Assembly (NCBI GenBank): GCA_026770705.1
Contig: JANJGN010000018.1
Location: 93,620,001-93,684,000 of the forward strand
Direction of reading: 5' to 3'
From: Isurus oxyrinchus
Taxonomy: Eukaryota
DNA: 64,000 bases
Made by a program: the position numbers and the translations under genes. Positions 38,160 through 51,974 of this stretch are shown here, in pieces. Below the pieces are notes generated by a model, which was not told where the DNA came from, ran no database searches, and worked only from the letters and a program-made list of their open reading frames with translations. Position 1 is the first letter of the stretch, and each line of letters opens with the position of its first letter.

Positions 38160-40339
38160 TCACTGTTGAGTTGTGTACGTGGAAATAAGCCAAATGAGGC
38201 AATAAATAAAGCCGAGGAAGAGGTGACAGTCCTATTATAATTTTGCTTATTAATCTTATAATGTAAATACATGAATTCCACGAGCAGTTTATTGCTGGAT
38301 GGCCATTCCTTCCAATAGCACAGTTAAGGATTTGTTAAATGCATTGTACATATAGATGGTGAATGAGATGTCAGTTAAAGGACACTAGATATACATTTCA
38401 ATTTACCCAACCACTTTCTCAACTGAAGCAATGATAGTTGGTGATTGCATGCAATCCAAATAACCTATTGCCAAATACCCAATACCGATGAGTACGTTTA
38501 ATGAGGGATGTTGCGGGGTGGGGGGGGGGGGGTGAGGAAGGTGGGAGATGGTAGTGGAGATTCGGTCCCAGTTTTCCAGGTTTCCCTAACATGATGCAGA
38601 ATTTTGATTTCACACAGTATGCAATTTATTTTGGTATGAGACCTCCATCTGGAAGTCAACCCATATAACAAGCTTGACTTCTAGTCAGGCGGGGAGTACT
38701 CTGAGGCAAATCACAGTTAAGGAGCCTGAAGCTACTAGCGGGAGCAATTCTAGGGAGGAAGAGAAACTTGTTGGGCTTTGAGGAGGCATGGGGTGTTTAG
38801 GGGGAGAACCTCAGGTTCTCCAGGCCCTCAGCAGTGCTGTGAGGGCACTTAGCTTTTCCCCCAAAGGTGTCCTCACCACCCTTGAGTTGCTGGGTTTCCT
38901 GCTAGGGTTAAACCTGGAAATCTGGACCAAGAGCTGGAAAGTAGGTTCAGGCTGAGTAGCTCATTTTCAGCTAGCAGAGCCATGATGGGCTAAGTGATCT
39001 CCTTGTGTGCCATATTTTTTTCTGTGCTTCAATGGATGCAAATCACATTAAAGTGAGGCTTCCACATCTGGTAACAGGTTAGGTATCACCAGTGTCATCT
39101 CTACTAAACACTGAAGTGAGTGAATTGGAAGCTGGATGGATTGGATTTCAGATTTTAAAAGGGTTTCACATCTTATCTGACCCCAACCAATCAGTTTTGC
39201 ATTGGGAGGTTAAAACTCTCACCAAAGTGTCTGAAAGGCAATTGTTTTTTTGAATGCCTACCATCAACAGTACCCTACATAAATCTCCCAACTTTGCAGC
39301 AAACCCCAAGTGTCAGACTCATTTCCACTCCCACTACTGAACTTAAAAATTATGCTCATCAAAACAGGCATTACACTTTCCACAGACCATAAATCCTATT
39401 CACAAAACCTGAACTAGAATACAGTGCTAGCGACATCTTGATCAGGTGGTGAGAATTATAAATAATTTTAAAGTTTTGGAATGTACAGGTAAATTAAAGA
39501 TTAAGGAAGGCATGACCAGAAATTTAGCATGGTAGCAAACTGTGTAGTAAAGAGAGAACGACAGTTACATTTTACAAAATCTTGAGAGAGGAGATGTACA
39601 AAACAAAGAACATGATTAAATATAAAACGGATAAGAAACATCAAGTCTTTAAAGAATTGCCATAAGTTAAGAGAATTCCAAAGTTTCTTATATTAGCACA
39701 AATGGTCACGACTAAATGGTCACAAGGTTTTGAAGGAAACCTTTAAATTTCCATTCAGAAATTCTCCAAAAGGAAGAACTAGGGAAAAGAAAATAAGTTA
39801 GCAAGCTCAGATGAACAATAAATAAGTCAGAAAACTCAGATCAACAATAATTTTGACCTCCATTGTATATTTTAGGAAAGGGACAATCAGGGGCACAAAC
39901 AGGAAATCTTTAATGACTACTTCTTGCTTTTATGAAAACTGTTAGTTATCAGATTTAATACAATAATTAACACATCTCAAAAAGCTCGAGTCAAAATAGA
40001 CTTTGAGACTTGAGTGGACCTGCTTTATGTACTCGTAAGGTCATTGGTTTACAGCAACTGAACAAGCCAAATTCAGTTTCGACTACAAGAGGTTCCAGTT
40101 TTATTAGTGTTCTGGAAAGCAAATTCTGAGGATTTATTATTAGTCCTAAATATATTTGACGACTAAATGTGTAATTTTTTTGTTTATAAAGATTAGGATT
40201 TTCATCACAGGTTTGAGAATCGCCTTCCGCAATTTGCATCTTTATGGAGAATAAAAATGCGATCAGCAGTCTTGGTTAATATTTATGTCGGAGCTAAAAG
40301 TGAGAAATTTAAGCAAATTTAAGTCTATAATTCTCTACA

Positions 40340-40665
40340 GTGTTGGCGGGATTCAGTTGATTGTATTCTCATCTGTGAATTAGGAATTGTTGGCTCAATG
40401 TATAAACTGGTAATTCAGAGAAAAGTGAACATGTGCAATTTTACTGCAGTTACCAATATTTGAACAAGATACTGAAGGTCAGTTATCTGCTTCACTTGAC
40501 ATGGGGAGATTAAAGATCCCTTGGCACTATCCAAAGAGAAGCAGAGAGCTCTCATCATATCCGAGTCATATTCTTTTCTCAGTTAGCACCACCAGAAAAA
40601 CTGATGACCTGGTCATGCTACTTATGCAATCTTGCTGTGTGCAAAATGGCTGCTGAATTTACCAA
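40340..40665 (+). mobile_element. Ancient Deu-domain SINE-like remnant (SacSINE/AmnSINE-like)
   Basis: 'taaagatcccttggcactat..aagagaagcag' and 'tcttgctgtgtgcaaaatggctgctg' resemble Deu-SINE core from memory; similar pieces at ~48345-48560 and ~60870-61040. Confidence 0.55.
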
Positions 40666-40699
40666 GTCAATATTCAGCACATTTATAATTAACTTATTT

Positions 40700-43290
40700 T
40701 TTTATTCATTCATGGGATGTGGACATTGCTGGTTGTGCAAGCAATAATACTCATCCCTAATTGCCCTTGAGAAGGCGGTGGTGAGCTGCCTTCTTGAACC
40801 GCTGCAATCCATGGAATGGCAATATATTTCCAAATCAGGATGGTGAGTGGCTTGGTGGTGGTGTTCCCATGCATCTGCTGCCTTTGTCCTTCTAGATGGT
40901 AGCAGTCGTAGGTTTAGAAGGTGCTATCTAAGGAGCCCTGGTGAGTTCCTGCAGTGCATCTTGCAGATGTTACACAATGCTGCCACTTTGCAACAGTGGT
41001 GGAGGGAGTGAATGCTTGTGGATGGGGTTCCAATCAAGTGGGTTGCTTTGCCCGGAATGCTGTTGAGCTTCTTGAGCATTGAGGGAGCCGCACTCATCCA
41101 GGTAAGTGGAGTGTATTCCATCACACTCCTGACTTGTGCCTTCTGGATGGTGGACAGGCTTTGGGGAGTCAGGAAGTGAGTTACTTGCTGCAGGATTCGT
41201 AGCCTCTGACCTGTTGTAGTCTCAGTATTTATATGGCTAGTCCAGTTCAATTTCTAGTCAATGATGGTTCCCACGATGTTGATAGTGGGGGATTCAGCAA
41301 TGGTAATGCTATTGAATGTCAAGGGGCAATGGTTAGATTCTCTCTCATTGGAGATGGTCATTGCCTGGCACATGTTTGGCGTGAATGTTACTTGCCACTT
41401 GTCAGCCCAAGCCTGGAAATTGTCCAGGTCTTGCTGCATTTGGACATGGACTGCTTCAGATCTGAGGAGTTGCAAATGATGCTGGACATTGTGCAATCAT
41501 CAGCGAACATCTCCACTTCTGACCTAATGATAGAAGGAAGGTCATTGATGAAGCAGCTGGAGGTAGTAAACCTGAGGAACTCCTGCAGTGATGTCCAGGA
41601 ACTGAGATGATTGATCTCCAACAACCACAACCATCTTCCTTTGTGCTAGGTATGACTCCAACCAGCAGAGAGTACCCCAGAGAGTACCCCCTCTCTCAAC
41701 CCCGATTCCCATTGACTCCAGTTTTGCTAGGGCTCCTTGATGCCACACTTGGCCAAATTCTGCCTTGATGTTAAGAACAGCCACTCTCACCTCACTGATG
41801 AACTCCATTCCGACGGAGAGTCACACGGACTCAAAACATTGACTGTCTTCCTCTCCACAGATGCTGTCAGATCTGCTGAGTTTTTCCAGGTATTTTTTGT
41901 TCTTGTTTCAGATTTCCAGCATCCTCAGTATTTTGCTTTTATCACTCTCACCTCACCTCTGGCATTCAGCTCTTTTGTCCATATTTGAACTAAGGCTGTA
42001 ATGAGGTCAGGAGCTGAGTGACCCTGGTGGAACGCAAACTGAGTGTCAGTGAGCAGGTTATTGCTAAGCAACTGCCGCTTGATAGCACTGTTGACGACCC
42101 CTTTCATCACTTTGCTGATGATCGAGAATAGAATGATGGGGCGGTAATTGGTCGGATTAGATTTGTCCTTTTTGTGTATAGGACATCCCTGGGCAATTTT
42201 CCACATAGCCCGGTAGATGCCAGTGTTGTAGGAACAGCTTGGCTATGGGCGTGGCAAGTTCTGGAGCATGAGTCTTCAGTACTATTGCTGGAACAGTGTC
42301 CAGGCCCATAGCCTTTGCAGTATCCAGTGTCTTCAGCCATTTTTTGATATCACTTGGAGTGAATGGAATTGGCTGAAGACTGGCATCTGTGATGTTGGGG
42401 ACCTCCGGAGGAGGCCGAGATGGATCGTCCACTCGGTACTTCCGGCTCATGATTGTTGCAAATGCTTCAGCCTTACTTTTGTACTAATGTGTTGGGCTCC
42501 TCCATCATTGAGGATGGGGATATCCATGGAGCCCGCTCCTCCAGTGAGCTGTTTAATTGTCCACCACCATTCATGACTGGATGTGGTGGGTCTGCAGAGC
42601 TTAGTTCTGATCCGTTGGTTGTGAGATTGCTTAGCTCTGCCCGTCACTTGCTGCTTACGCTATTTGGCACACAAGTAGTCCTGCACTGTAGCTTCACCAG
42701 GTTGACACATCATTTTTAGGTATGCCTGGTGGAGCTCCTGGTATGCCCTTCTGCACTCTTCATTGAACCTGGGTTGATCCCCTGGCTTGCTGGTAATGGT
42801 AGAGTGGGGGATATGCTGGGCCATGAGGTTACAGATTTTGGTTGAGTACAATTCTGTTGCTGTTGATGGGTGCCCAGTCTTAAGTTGCTAGATCTGTTCA
42901 AAATCAATCCAATTTAGCATGGTGGTAGTGCCATACAACACGATGGAGGGCAGCCTCAATGGGAAGACCGAACTTTCGCTCCATAAGGGCTGTGCAGTGG
43001 TCACTTCTACTGATACTGTCATAGACAGGAAGAACTGCGGTAGGCAGATTGGTGAGGATGAGATCAAGTATGTTTTTCCCTCTTGTTGGTTCCCTCACCA
43101 CCTGCTGCAGACCCAGTCTAGCAGTTATGCCCTTTAGAGCTTGGCCAGCTCAGTTAGTAGCTGTGCTACTGAGCCAATCTTGGTGATAGATATTGATGTC
43201 CCCCATCCAGTGTACATTCTTTACCCTCATTACCCTCAGTGCTTCCTCCAAGTGGTGTTCAACATGGAGGAGTGCTGATTCATCAGCTGA
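40700..43290 (-). mobile_element. Jockey-group LINE family B, long decayed copy (endonuclease end to 3' tail)
   Basis: Minus ORFs 'VREPTRGKNILDLILTNLP', 'WKIAQGCPIHKKDKSNPTNYRPI', 'CFINDLPSIIRSEVEMFADDC', 'KAQVRSVMEYTPLTWM'. Confidence 0.9.
41796..41942 (+). mobile_element. Penelope-tail-derived short insertion with a degenerate hammerhead-like motif and 14 bp TSD
   Basis: 'ccgacgga-gagtc(acacg)gactc-aaaacattgact..cagatgctgtcagatctgctgagtttttccagg'; CACTCTCACCTCAC at 41782-41795 and 41943-41956. Confidence 0.8.
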
Positions 43291-43469
43291 GGATAGCGGA
43301 AGCGATCCACTTAGGAGAGTTACTGACCAATGTGAAAGGCACTGTAAAATTTCAACTGTTCCTTCTTTATTTCAAGAACCTCTCCGGTAATTCCACTGCA
43401 ATAAATTGATCCACAATACTCACTACAACTGTTTAACAGTTTAGGATTAAGCCTAAAGAGACTTGAGTC

Positions 43470-46400
43470 TACTGAATTGGAATTTCTAGAATAACACAGA
43501 TAAGAGTAGCTCTGTTAATGGATGACATTAGTATAATGGTAAGAGATGTCCTTAGCTCTAAAGATCAAGACGTAGAATCTGTTTGAGTAGAGATAAATAG
43601 AAAAAGGTAAGAAGTCACTTGAGAGAGTAGCTTATTGCCCCCCTAACAGTAACTAGATTGTAGGACGCTATACAGGAGGAAATAATGGGGGCTTATAAGA
43701 AAGGCACAGCAATAAGCATAGGTGATTTCCATCTACATATAGACTGGATGATCAGACTGGCAATGGTAGCCTGGAAGATGGGTTCATAAGAGTGTTTTCA
43801 GGACAATTTCTTAGAGCAGCACCTTCTGGAGCCAACTAGAGAGCAGGCTGTTCTAGGCTTGGTAATGTGCAATGAGATGGGATTTAATTAATTACCTCAT
43901 ATTACAGGAGCCTCTAGGTAGCAGTATGATTGAACTTCGCATTGAGTTTGAGGAAGGAAGACTGGTTCTAAGACTAGTGTTTTAAGCTTAATTAAAGGCA
44001 ATTAAAAGGGTATCAAAACAGGGCTGGCTAAAGTGAACAGAGGAATTAAGTTAGGGGGTACGTCAGTAAGGATGCAGTGGCAGATATTTGAGATATTTCC
44101 TAACTCAGCAAAAATTATGTTCCAGTGAGAAAAGACTCTAGGAGAAGGATGAACCATCTGTGGCTGACTAAGGATGTTAAAGATAGAATAAAGAATAGAA
44201 TAAAGATCAAATTGAAATAAAAAGCATACACTTCTGCAAAGGTTAGTGGTAGGTCAGAAGATTGGACAGAATTTAAAAGCCAGCAAAGCATGCCTAAAAA
44301 TATAACAAGGGGGAAATTAGTATATTAGAGTAGGAAAGCTAGCTAGTAATATAAGAATAGATACTAAGAGTTTCTAAAAGTATTTAAAAAAGTAAAAAAG
44401 TAAGTCTTGGTCCTCTAAGACTGCGTGAGTCTGGGGAATTAATAATGGAAAATAAGGAAATGGCAGAAGCATTGAACAGATCTTGTGTCTGGCTTCATGG
44501 TAGAAGATAGAAATAACAGCCCAAAAATACTTATAAGTCAAAAGGTTAAAGGAAGGGAGGAACTTAAATCATTTACAATCACTAGGGAAAGGGTACTGAG
44601 AAAACTATTAGAACTAAAGGCTGACAAGACCCCAGGACCTGATGGAATTCATCCTAGGGTCTTAAGAGAAATGGCAGTGGAGATAGTAAATGCATTGGCA
44701 GTAATTTTTTTCAAAATTCCCTAGATTTTGGAAAGGTCCTATCTGATTGCAAAGTAGCAAATGTGACTCCTCTATTCAAGAAAAGAAGGCAACAGAAAGC
44801 AGGAAACTACAGGCCAGTTACCCTAACGTCTGTCACGGGAAATTGCTAGTATCTATTATTAAGAAGGTTATAGCAAGGCACTTATACAATCTTAATGTAA
44901 TCAGGCAGAGTCAGTATGGTTTAGTGAAAGAGAAATCATGTGTGACCAATTTATTAGCATTCTTTGAGTTTGTAACAAGCAACATGGATAAAAGAGAACC
45001 TGTAGATGTGGTATACTTAGATTTCCAAAAGGCATTTGATAAGTTGCCACATCAAAGGTTACTACACAAAGTAAGAGCTCCAGGTGTAAGGGGTAACATA
45101 TTAGCATGGATAGAGAAACAGAAGCAGAGAATAAGGATGAATGGGTCATTTTCAGATTGGCAAGATGTTTTACAAGTGGAGTGCCACAGGAATCAGTGCT
45201 ATGGCCTCAACGACTTATGTTCTATATAAATGACTTGGATGAAGGGACTGAATGCATGATTGCTAAATTTGCTGATGACGCAAAGACAGGTAAGGAAGTA
45301 AGGACAAAGCAGTCTGCTTGGTTGGCACTCCATTCACTACCTTCACCATTGACTCCCTCCACCACTGATGCATAATGGTAGAAGTGTGTACAACCTACAA
45401 GATGCACCACAGCAACTCACTGAGACTCCTTTGACAGCACCTTCCAAACCTACGATCTGACCACCTAGAAGAACAAGGGCAGTGGATGCATGGGAACATC
45501 ACCACCTGGAAGTTCCCTTCCAAGCCACACACCATCCTGACTTGGAAACATATTGCCGTTCCTTCACTGTCGCTGGATCACAATCCTAGAACCCTCCTAA
45601 CAGCACTGTGGGAGTACCTGCACCACATGGACTGCAGCGGTTCAAAATGGCGGCTCACCACCACCTTCTCAAGAACAATTAGGGATGGGCAACAAATGCA
45701 GGTTTAGCCAGAGATGCCCACATCCCATGAAAGAACTTTTTTTAAAAATTATGAACTGTACATGAGGACATAGATGAGTTAAGTGAATGGACAAAAAAAA
45801 TTGGCAAATGAGTATCATGTGGGAAATTGTGGACTTGTCCACTTTAACAGGAAGAATAGAGCAGCATAATATTTAAATGGAGAAAGATTGCAGAATTCCT
45901 AGGTACAGAGGGATCTGGGTGTCACGGTACATGAATCACAAGAAGTTAGTATGCAGGTACAGCAAGTTATTAGGAAGGCAAATGGATTGTTCTCATTTAT
46001 TGCAAGGGGATTGGAATATAAAAGTAGGAAAGTTGTATTACAGTTGCACTGGGCATTGGTGAGGCCATATATGGAGTACCTAGGTACAATTTTGGTCTCC
46101 TTACTTGAGAATATAATTGCAATAGCAGTTCAGAGAAGGTTCACTCGACTGATTTCTGTGATGAACGGGTTACCTTATGAGGAAAGTTTGGACAAGTTGG
46201 GCCTGTATCCGTTGGATGTTAGAAGAATGAGAGGTGATCTTATTGAAAAACATAAGATCCTCAGGGGATTTGACTGGGTGGATACTGAGAGGTTGTGCGA
46301 GACTAGAACTAGGGGACATAGTTTAAAAATAGAGGGTTTCCCATTTAACACTGATATGAATAGAAATTTTTCTTCTCAAGTCTGTGGCATTCTCTTCCCC

Positions 46401-46550
46401 AGGGAGCAGTGGAGGCAGGGTCAGTGAATATTTTTAAGGCTGAATTAGACAGATTCTCAATTGCCAAGGGAGTCAAAGGGTATCAGCCATGATCTTATCT
46501 CATGGTGGAGCAGACCTGAGGGTCTCAACAGCCTATGTGTGCTCCTAATG
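43470..46550 (+). mobile_element. CR1 LINE, long decayed copy, interrupted by a family B 3' fragment (~45302-45745)
   Basis: ORFs 'LKADKTPGPDGIHPRVLREMAVEIV', 'PVDVVYLDFQKAFDKLPHQRLL', 'YINDLDEGTECMIAKFADDAK', 'QVQQVIRKANGLFSFIARGLEYKS'. Confidence 0.92.
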
Positions 46551-47696
46551 CGTATGCTCGTACAACTATTCTTTGTTATGCAATCAATACCAAAACTAAC
46601 CAATTTACAAATTCATCCCGACATTTCCATCCTCATCCCAACCTCACAAATTCTTAAAACGGTCATAAAGATCTAACTTGTATAATATGCCCACTTCCAT
46701 ATACTTTATATAAAAATGCTCCAGACTCAATCACTGAGTTTGCACTAAACTGGGTGGGCAGGGCCATTTAACTTTGCAATTTTTTTTAGATTCAATGAGG
46801 TCATGCAAAAAAAATCTAATTACATGCTCTTGGAATAAAGACAGCCACACAAGGTAATGGTAGATTGTTCTATATTCGCCACCCAGTAAATCTTAATGAA
46901 CTTGTCACTATCCATATATTTTCCCCATTGTTTAAGTTCCAGGAAAATTCAGTTCATTTGCACATCACAGCTATATATAAAAAAACTGCAAATGGAAGTC
47001 TACTTTAATTTCCTGCACAATTCAGAAAAGCATTCAGCAACATACCAGCTGTATCTGTAACACAAGAATGCAAGTCAGCTCGTCTCCTTGTCAAAATGTA
47101 ACATGCCCACAGCAGAAGAATCTCTTGTGAACGACTGCTGACACCCCCCCCCCCCCACCGGCAGTGAAACATGAGCTACTGTATGAGGAGAAATGGCATT
47201 CCAACCTACTGCCCTGCACTTCAAGTTGAGTACTTACACATTGCATCTATAGGATATTATAATCAGCAAAGAACTACTGAAGTAATTTCACAAGCTTTAA
47301 AACATCTAAGTTGTTGGCCCCTTTTGCACTATCAAGATTTTCACAACGGTAGAGTTTGAGATTACACTGTACCAAAGACCCATATAGATTTGGACGTTTT
47401 GCTTCACAGAAGTATTTTTCTTGCACAAAACACAAATCAGCTTTAACAAATTAGCTTCCTGTATTATGAAATAAAATAAAAATTGATTAATTTTCACTCT
47501 ACATTGGCCTGGATTTAAAAAAAAACACTACCTCTCCCAGTCACAAAAGCTGCAGATACTATTTTTATACGACACAAAAACTATTATAGTTGTATCAACT
47601 TCTTGAGGGCAGCTCTCAAAACCACTGCAATGAAAGAAGATGAACTTTATCTTTGGCTTTACCAAGCTCCATCTAGCAAACACAGCTAAAAAGTAG

Positions 47697-47923
47697 AATT
47701 ACCTGGAAAAACTCAGCAGGTCTGGCAGCATCGGCGGAGAAGAAAAGAGTTGACGTTTCGAGTCCTCATGACCCTTCGACAGAACTTGTTCTGTCGAAGG
47801 GTCATGAGGACTCGAAACGTCAACTCTTTTCTTCTCCGCCGATGCTGCCAGACCTGCTGAGTTTTTCCAGGTAATTCTGTTTTTGTTTTGGATTTCCAGC
47901 ATCCGCAGTTTTTTGTTTTTATT
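47697..47923. mobile_element. Fold-back element of two inverted Penelope tails with 15 bp TSD
   Basis: Perfect inverted arms 47695-47785 and 47788-47878 with a TT spacer; ACAGCTAAAAAGTAG at 47682-47696 and 47924-47938. Confidence 0.92.
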
Positions 47924-49134
47924 ACAGCTAAAAAGTAGCTATTCCCATAATACAGGCAAGTGCACAAGACCCATTCATAAGAACTTAGTATGAGGGATAT
48001 TGACCTGCATGATAGCCCATCGTTGCTTTGGGCTCACAAATAAAATGCACAAAAGCTTTTCAATTTCAAGTCAGTTGATGTATCTGCTTATGCCTATCTT
48101 TAAGCCTATATATCTAAGTTCTAAAAATTAACATAGCAAATTAACATCCATAACTTATTTTTTAAACCAGGAAAATAACTATCAAAGCTACATAGTAATA
48201 AACTACTACATTTATCTTATGGTCACTACTGTTTTGAGAATTAAAACTTATAGAAGAAGGAGTTAATAACATTTTAAGATCAGAGTTTTTTTAAATTAAT
48301 AAGACAGGACAACCAGTTACTCCTAATAAAAATACTATGGAGCTCTCAGTTCAATTCAGTGGTGGTCTTTGACGTCTAAATCAGAAGATTGTGACTTCAA
48401 GGCCCAGATCAGAATCTGAGTTCATAATCTAACTTCCGCACTGCACTGGAGAAGTGCTACGTTGTCAAAGGTGGCGCTTTCTGATGACATATTACACAAA
48501 GATCTTGCCTACCCTGTTCAAGTGGAAACAGGACTATTGAAAGAAGAGCAGGGAATTTAATAACGTGTAAATTGTTGGTTTCCTACAGAAAGAGACTGAT
48601 ACCTTACTTAAAACCAAAAAACACAGGCAAAATAGTAGTTTTAGTGACATAAAAGATATTTCTTGAGCTTCGTATCAACATATTTTACAAATGATAAATG
48701 GGATGTTTCTACTGCCAGTTAAAGACACCATTCTAATACGTTACTTGAACTAGAGACCCAATAGTAACGCAGATCATTAAGCACCAAAGGAGGCGGGGGG
48801 AACAGCATCTTTGGGGATTAAGGGCTATGTAAACTGAAAGAACTTTAGTATATGATAATTAAACAAGGCATTTGAAACTGACAGGAAGCCAGGAAGCCAC
48901 AATTTCAGGAAGTGGCTATAGCAAGCCCAGAAAATAGAACACAGCCTTGCAAAGAACAAACCAATATTTTACTTGAACCTCCATCTACTTTGTTTCATGC
49001 TTAAATTTATGCTATAGCCCTAAAAGACTGGATAAAGAATAGTGCAAGATGTCACCTAATTCATTTATTGGGATTTCCACTTAAGAGCCACAAAATGCCA
49101 AACATGTCTCTTCAGCATTATAAAACATTACACC

Positions 49135-49890
49135 TTTCACCTTGGAAGGAGTAATTTGATAAGGAGCATGACACTAGGAAGTCCTGAGGAACAAAGGGAC
49201 CTTGGCGTGTGTGTCCATAGACCTGTGAAGGCAGAGGGGCATGTTAGTGGGGTGGTGAAAAAGGCAAATGGGACACTTGCTTTATCAATCGATTACAAAA
49301 GTAGGGAGGTCATGTTAGAGTTGTATAGAACCTTGGTGAGGCCATAGCTGGAGTAGTGTGTGCAGTTCTGGTCGCAACATTATAGGAAGGATGAAATTGC
49401 ACTGGAGGCGGTGCAGAGGAGATTCACCAGGATGTTGCCTGGGATGAAACATTTAAGTTATGAAGAAAGATTGGATAGACTTGGGTTGTTTTCGTTGAGC
49501 AGAGAAGACTAAGGGGCGACCTGATCGAGGTGTACAAGATTATGAGGGGCAAGGACAGGATGGATAGGGAGCAGTTGTTCCCTTTAGTTGAAGGGTCAGT
49601 CACGAGGGGACACAAGTTCAAGGTGAGGGGCAGGAGGTTTAGTGGGGGATGAGAGGGGAAACTTTTTTTGCCCAGAGGGTGATGACAGTCTGGAATGCGC
49701 TGCCTGGGAGGGTGGTAAAGGCAGGTTGCCTCACATCCTTTAAAAAGTACCTGGATGAGCAATTGGCACATCATAACATTCAAGGCTATGGGCCAAGTGC
49801 TGGCAAATGGAATTAGGTTGGTAGGTCAGGTGTTTCTCACGTGTCGGTGCAGACTCGATGGGCCAAAGGGCCTCTTCTGCATTGTGTGAA
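49135..49890 (+). mobile_element. CR1 LINE 3' fragment
   Basis: ORF 'EQRDLGVCVHRPVK..VVKKANGTLA..YKSREVMLELYRTLVRP' plus a typical 3' UTR. Confidence 0.88.
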
Positions 49891-50514
49891 CTGGGGCACA
49901 ACTTCCAAACTCCATGTTTAAAATGCAACAAAAGGTCTAACACAGACTGGCAATATCTGGCAGACTGAAATTCAGAGAGCATCATTAAAGCTAAAACACA
50001 ATCAGTGCTTTTACCTTGCTACCACAAGGAGTGGTTGAAGCCAATAATATAGATGCATTTAAAAGGGAGGCTTTTAAAAGGGAGAATGGAATAGTGGTTA
50101 ATGCTGATAGACTTAGGTGAGGAAAGACGGGAAAAGCGGCGCATTGGTACTGACTTGGACTGATTGGGCTGAATGGCCGTATACCCTATGTAATTTTACT
50201 TTACAGCAGGATGATCACAAAGTATTCCAATAGCGAACATTAAAGCTGCAAGGGTAGATTGGAAGGCAGGGAGTACAAAGGTTTCATACCTTCAGACCTT
50301 GAAAGCCTCAGCAAGTATAACAGTTCGATACCTCGAAAGCCTCAATCTGTACAAATCACAACAAATACTGCCACACCTGACACTGCCAAAACTGGTCTGA
50401 AGGGATCCATCAAGGAGGTAAATGGGAGAGGTAATTGTCCCTAGTTAAACCAATAAATTGCACAAATTGTTGGCCGGGTTTTATATTATAGTAGTAACTG
50501 AACTCCAAAAGTAC

Positions 50515-51974
50515 CACCTGGACCCCTCCCTCTGGATTCTTACCTTCTCTTGATCTTTTCATTGAGAACTGTCAGCGTGACATTAGTTGTCTCAATTTCT
50601 TGCTCCTCTCACCCAATCTAACCTGTCTCTCTCTGAACTTGCTGCACTCCGTTCTCTCAGATCCAACCCTGACATCTGTTCTAATGATGCCACTTTCAAA
50701 AACAGTTCCTCTGACATGTCTTCCTTCTTCCTCAACCGAGGTTTTCCACCCACGGTGCTTGACAGGGCGCTCAACCGTGTCCGGCCCATCTCCCTCGCAT
50801 CCCTCCCTCACACCTTCCTCTCCCTCCCAGGACCATGATAGGGTCCCCCTTGTCCTCACTTATCATCCCACCAGCCTCCGCATACAAAGGATCACCCTCC
50901 ACCATTTCCGCCAACTCCAGCATGATGCCACCACCAAACACATCTTCCCTTCACCCACCTGGCAGCATTCCGCAGGGATCGTTCCCTCCATGACACCCTG
51001 GTCCACTCCTCCATCACCCCCTACATCTCAACCCCCTCCCACGGCACCTTCCTATGCAACCGCAGAAGATGCAACACCTGCCCCTTTACTTCCCCTCTCC
51101 TCACCGTCAAAGGTCCCAAACACTCCTTTCAAGTGAAGTAGCATTTCAGTTGCACTTCCCTCAATTTAGTCTACTGCATTCGTTGCTCCCAATGCGGTTT
51201 CCACTACACTGGAGAGACTAAACGCAGACTGGGTGACCGCTTTGCAGAACACCTTCGGTCTATCCACAAGCATGACCCAGACCTCCCTGTCGCTTGCCAT
51301 TTCAATACTTCACCATGCTCTCATGCCCACATGTCCGTCCTTGGCCTGCTGCAATGTTCCAGTGAAGCTCAACGCAAACTGGATGAACAGCACCTCATCT
51401 TCCAACTAGGCACTTTACAGCCTTCCAGACTGAATATTGAGTTCAACAATTTTAGCTCATGAACTCTCTCCTCCATCCCCACCCCCTTTCCGATCCCCCC
51501 TTTTTTTTCCAATAATTTATATAGATTTTTCTTTTCCCACCTATTTCCATTATTTTTAAATATATTTCCATCCATTGTTTTATCTCTACCTTTTAGCTTA
51601 TTTTGATCCCTTCCCTTCACCCCACCCCCACTAGGGCTATCTGTACCTTGCTTGTCCGGCTTTTTACCCTTAATTAGCACATTCCTTAGATAATATCATC
51701 ACCTTCAACACCTCTTTGTCCTTTTGTCTATGACATCTTTTGGCTAACTCCACCTATCACTGGCCCTCTATCCAGCTCTACCTGTCACACCCCCCACCCC
51801 CCTTAAAGCAGCTTATATTTCACCTTTCTACTTTTACTTAGTTCTGTTGAAAAGTCATACGGACTCAAAACTTTAACAGTGTTCCTCTCCGCAGATGCTG
51901 CCAGACCTGCTGAGTTTTTCCAGGTATTTTTATTTTTGATTTGGATTTCCAGCTTCCGCAGTTTTTAGCTTTTA
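50515..51974 (+). mobile_element. Penelope-like element with internal deletion of the RT domain; GIY-YIG region and tail retained
   Basis: Colinear with ~3632-3793 then ~4814-6040 of the first copy; TCCAAAAGTAC at 50504-50514 and 51975-51985. Confidence 0.92.

Noticed and set aside
47695-47878. Hairpin as a microRNA precursor or CRISPR-like repeat
   Set aside because: Both arms are Penelope tail sequence with a TSD; no bulged pre-miRNA shape and no repeat-spacer periodicity.
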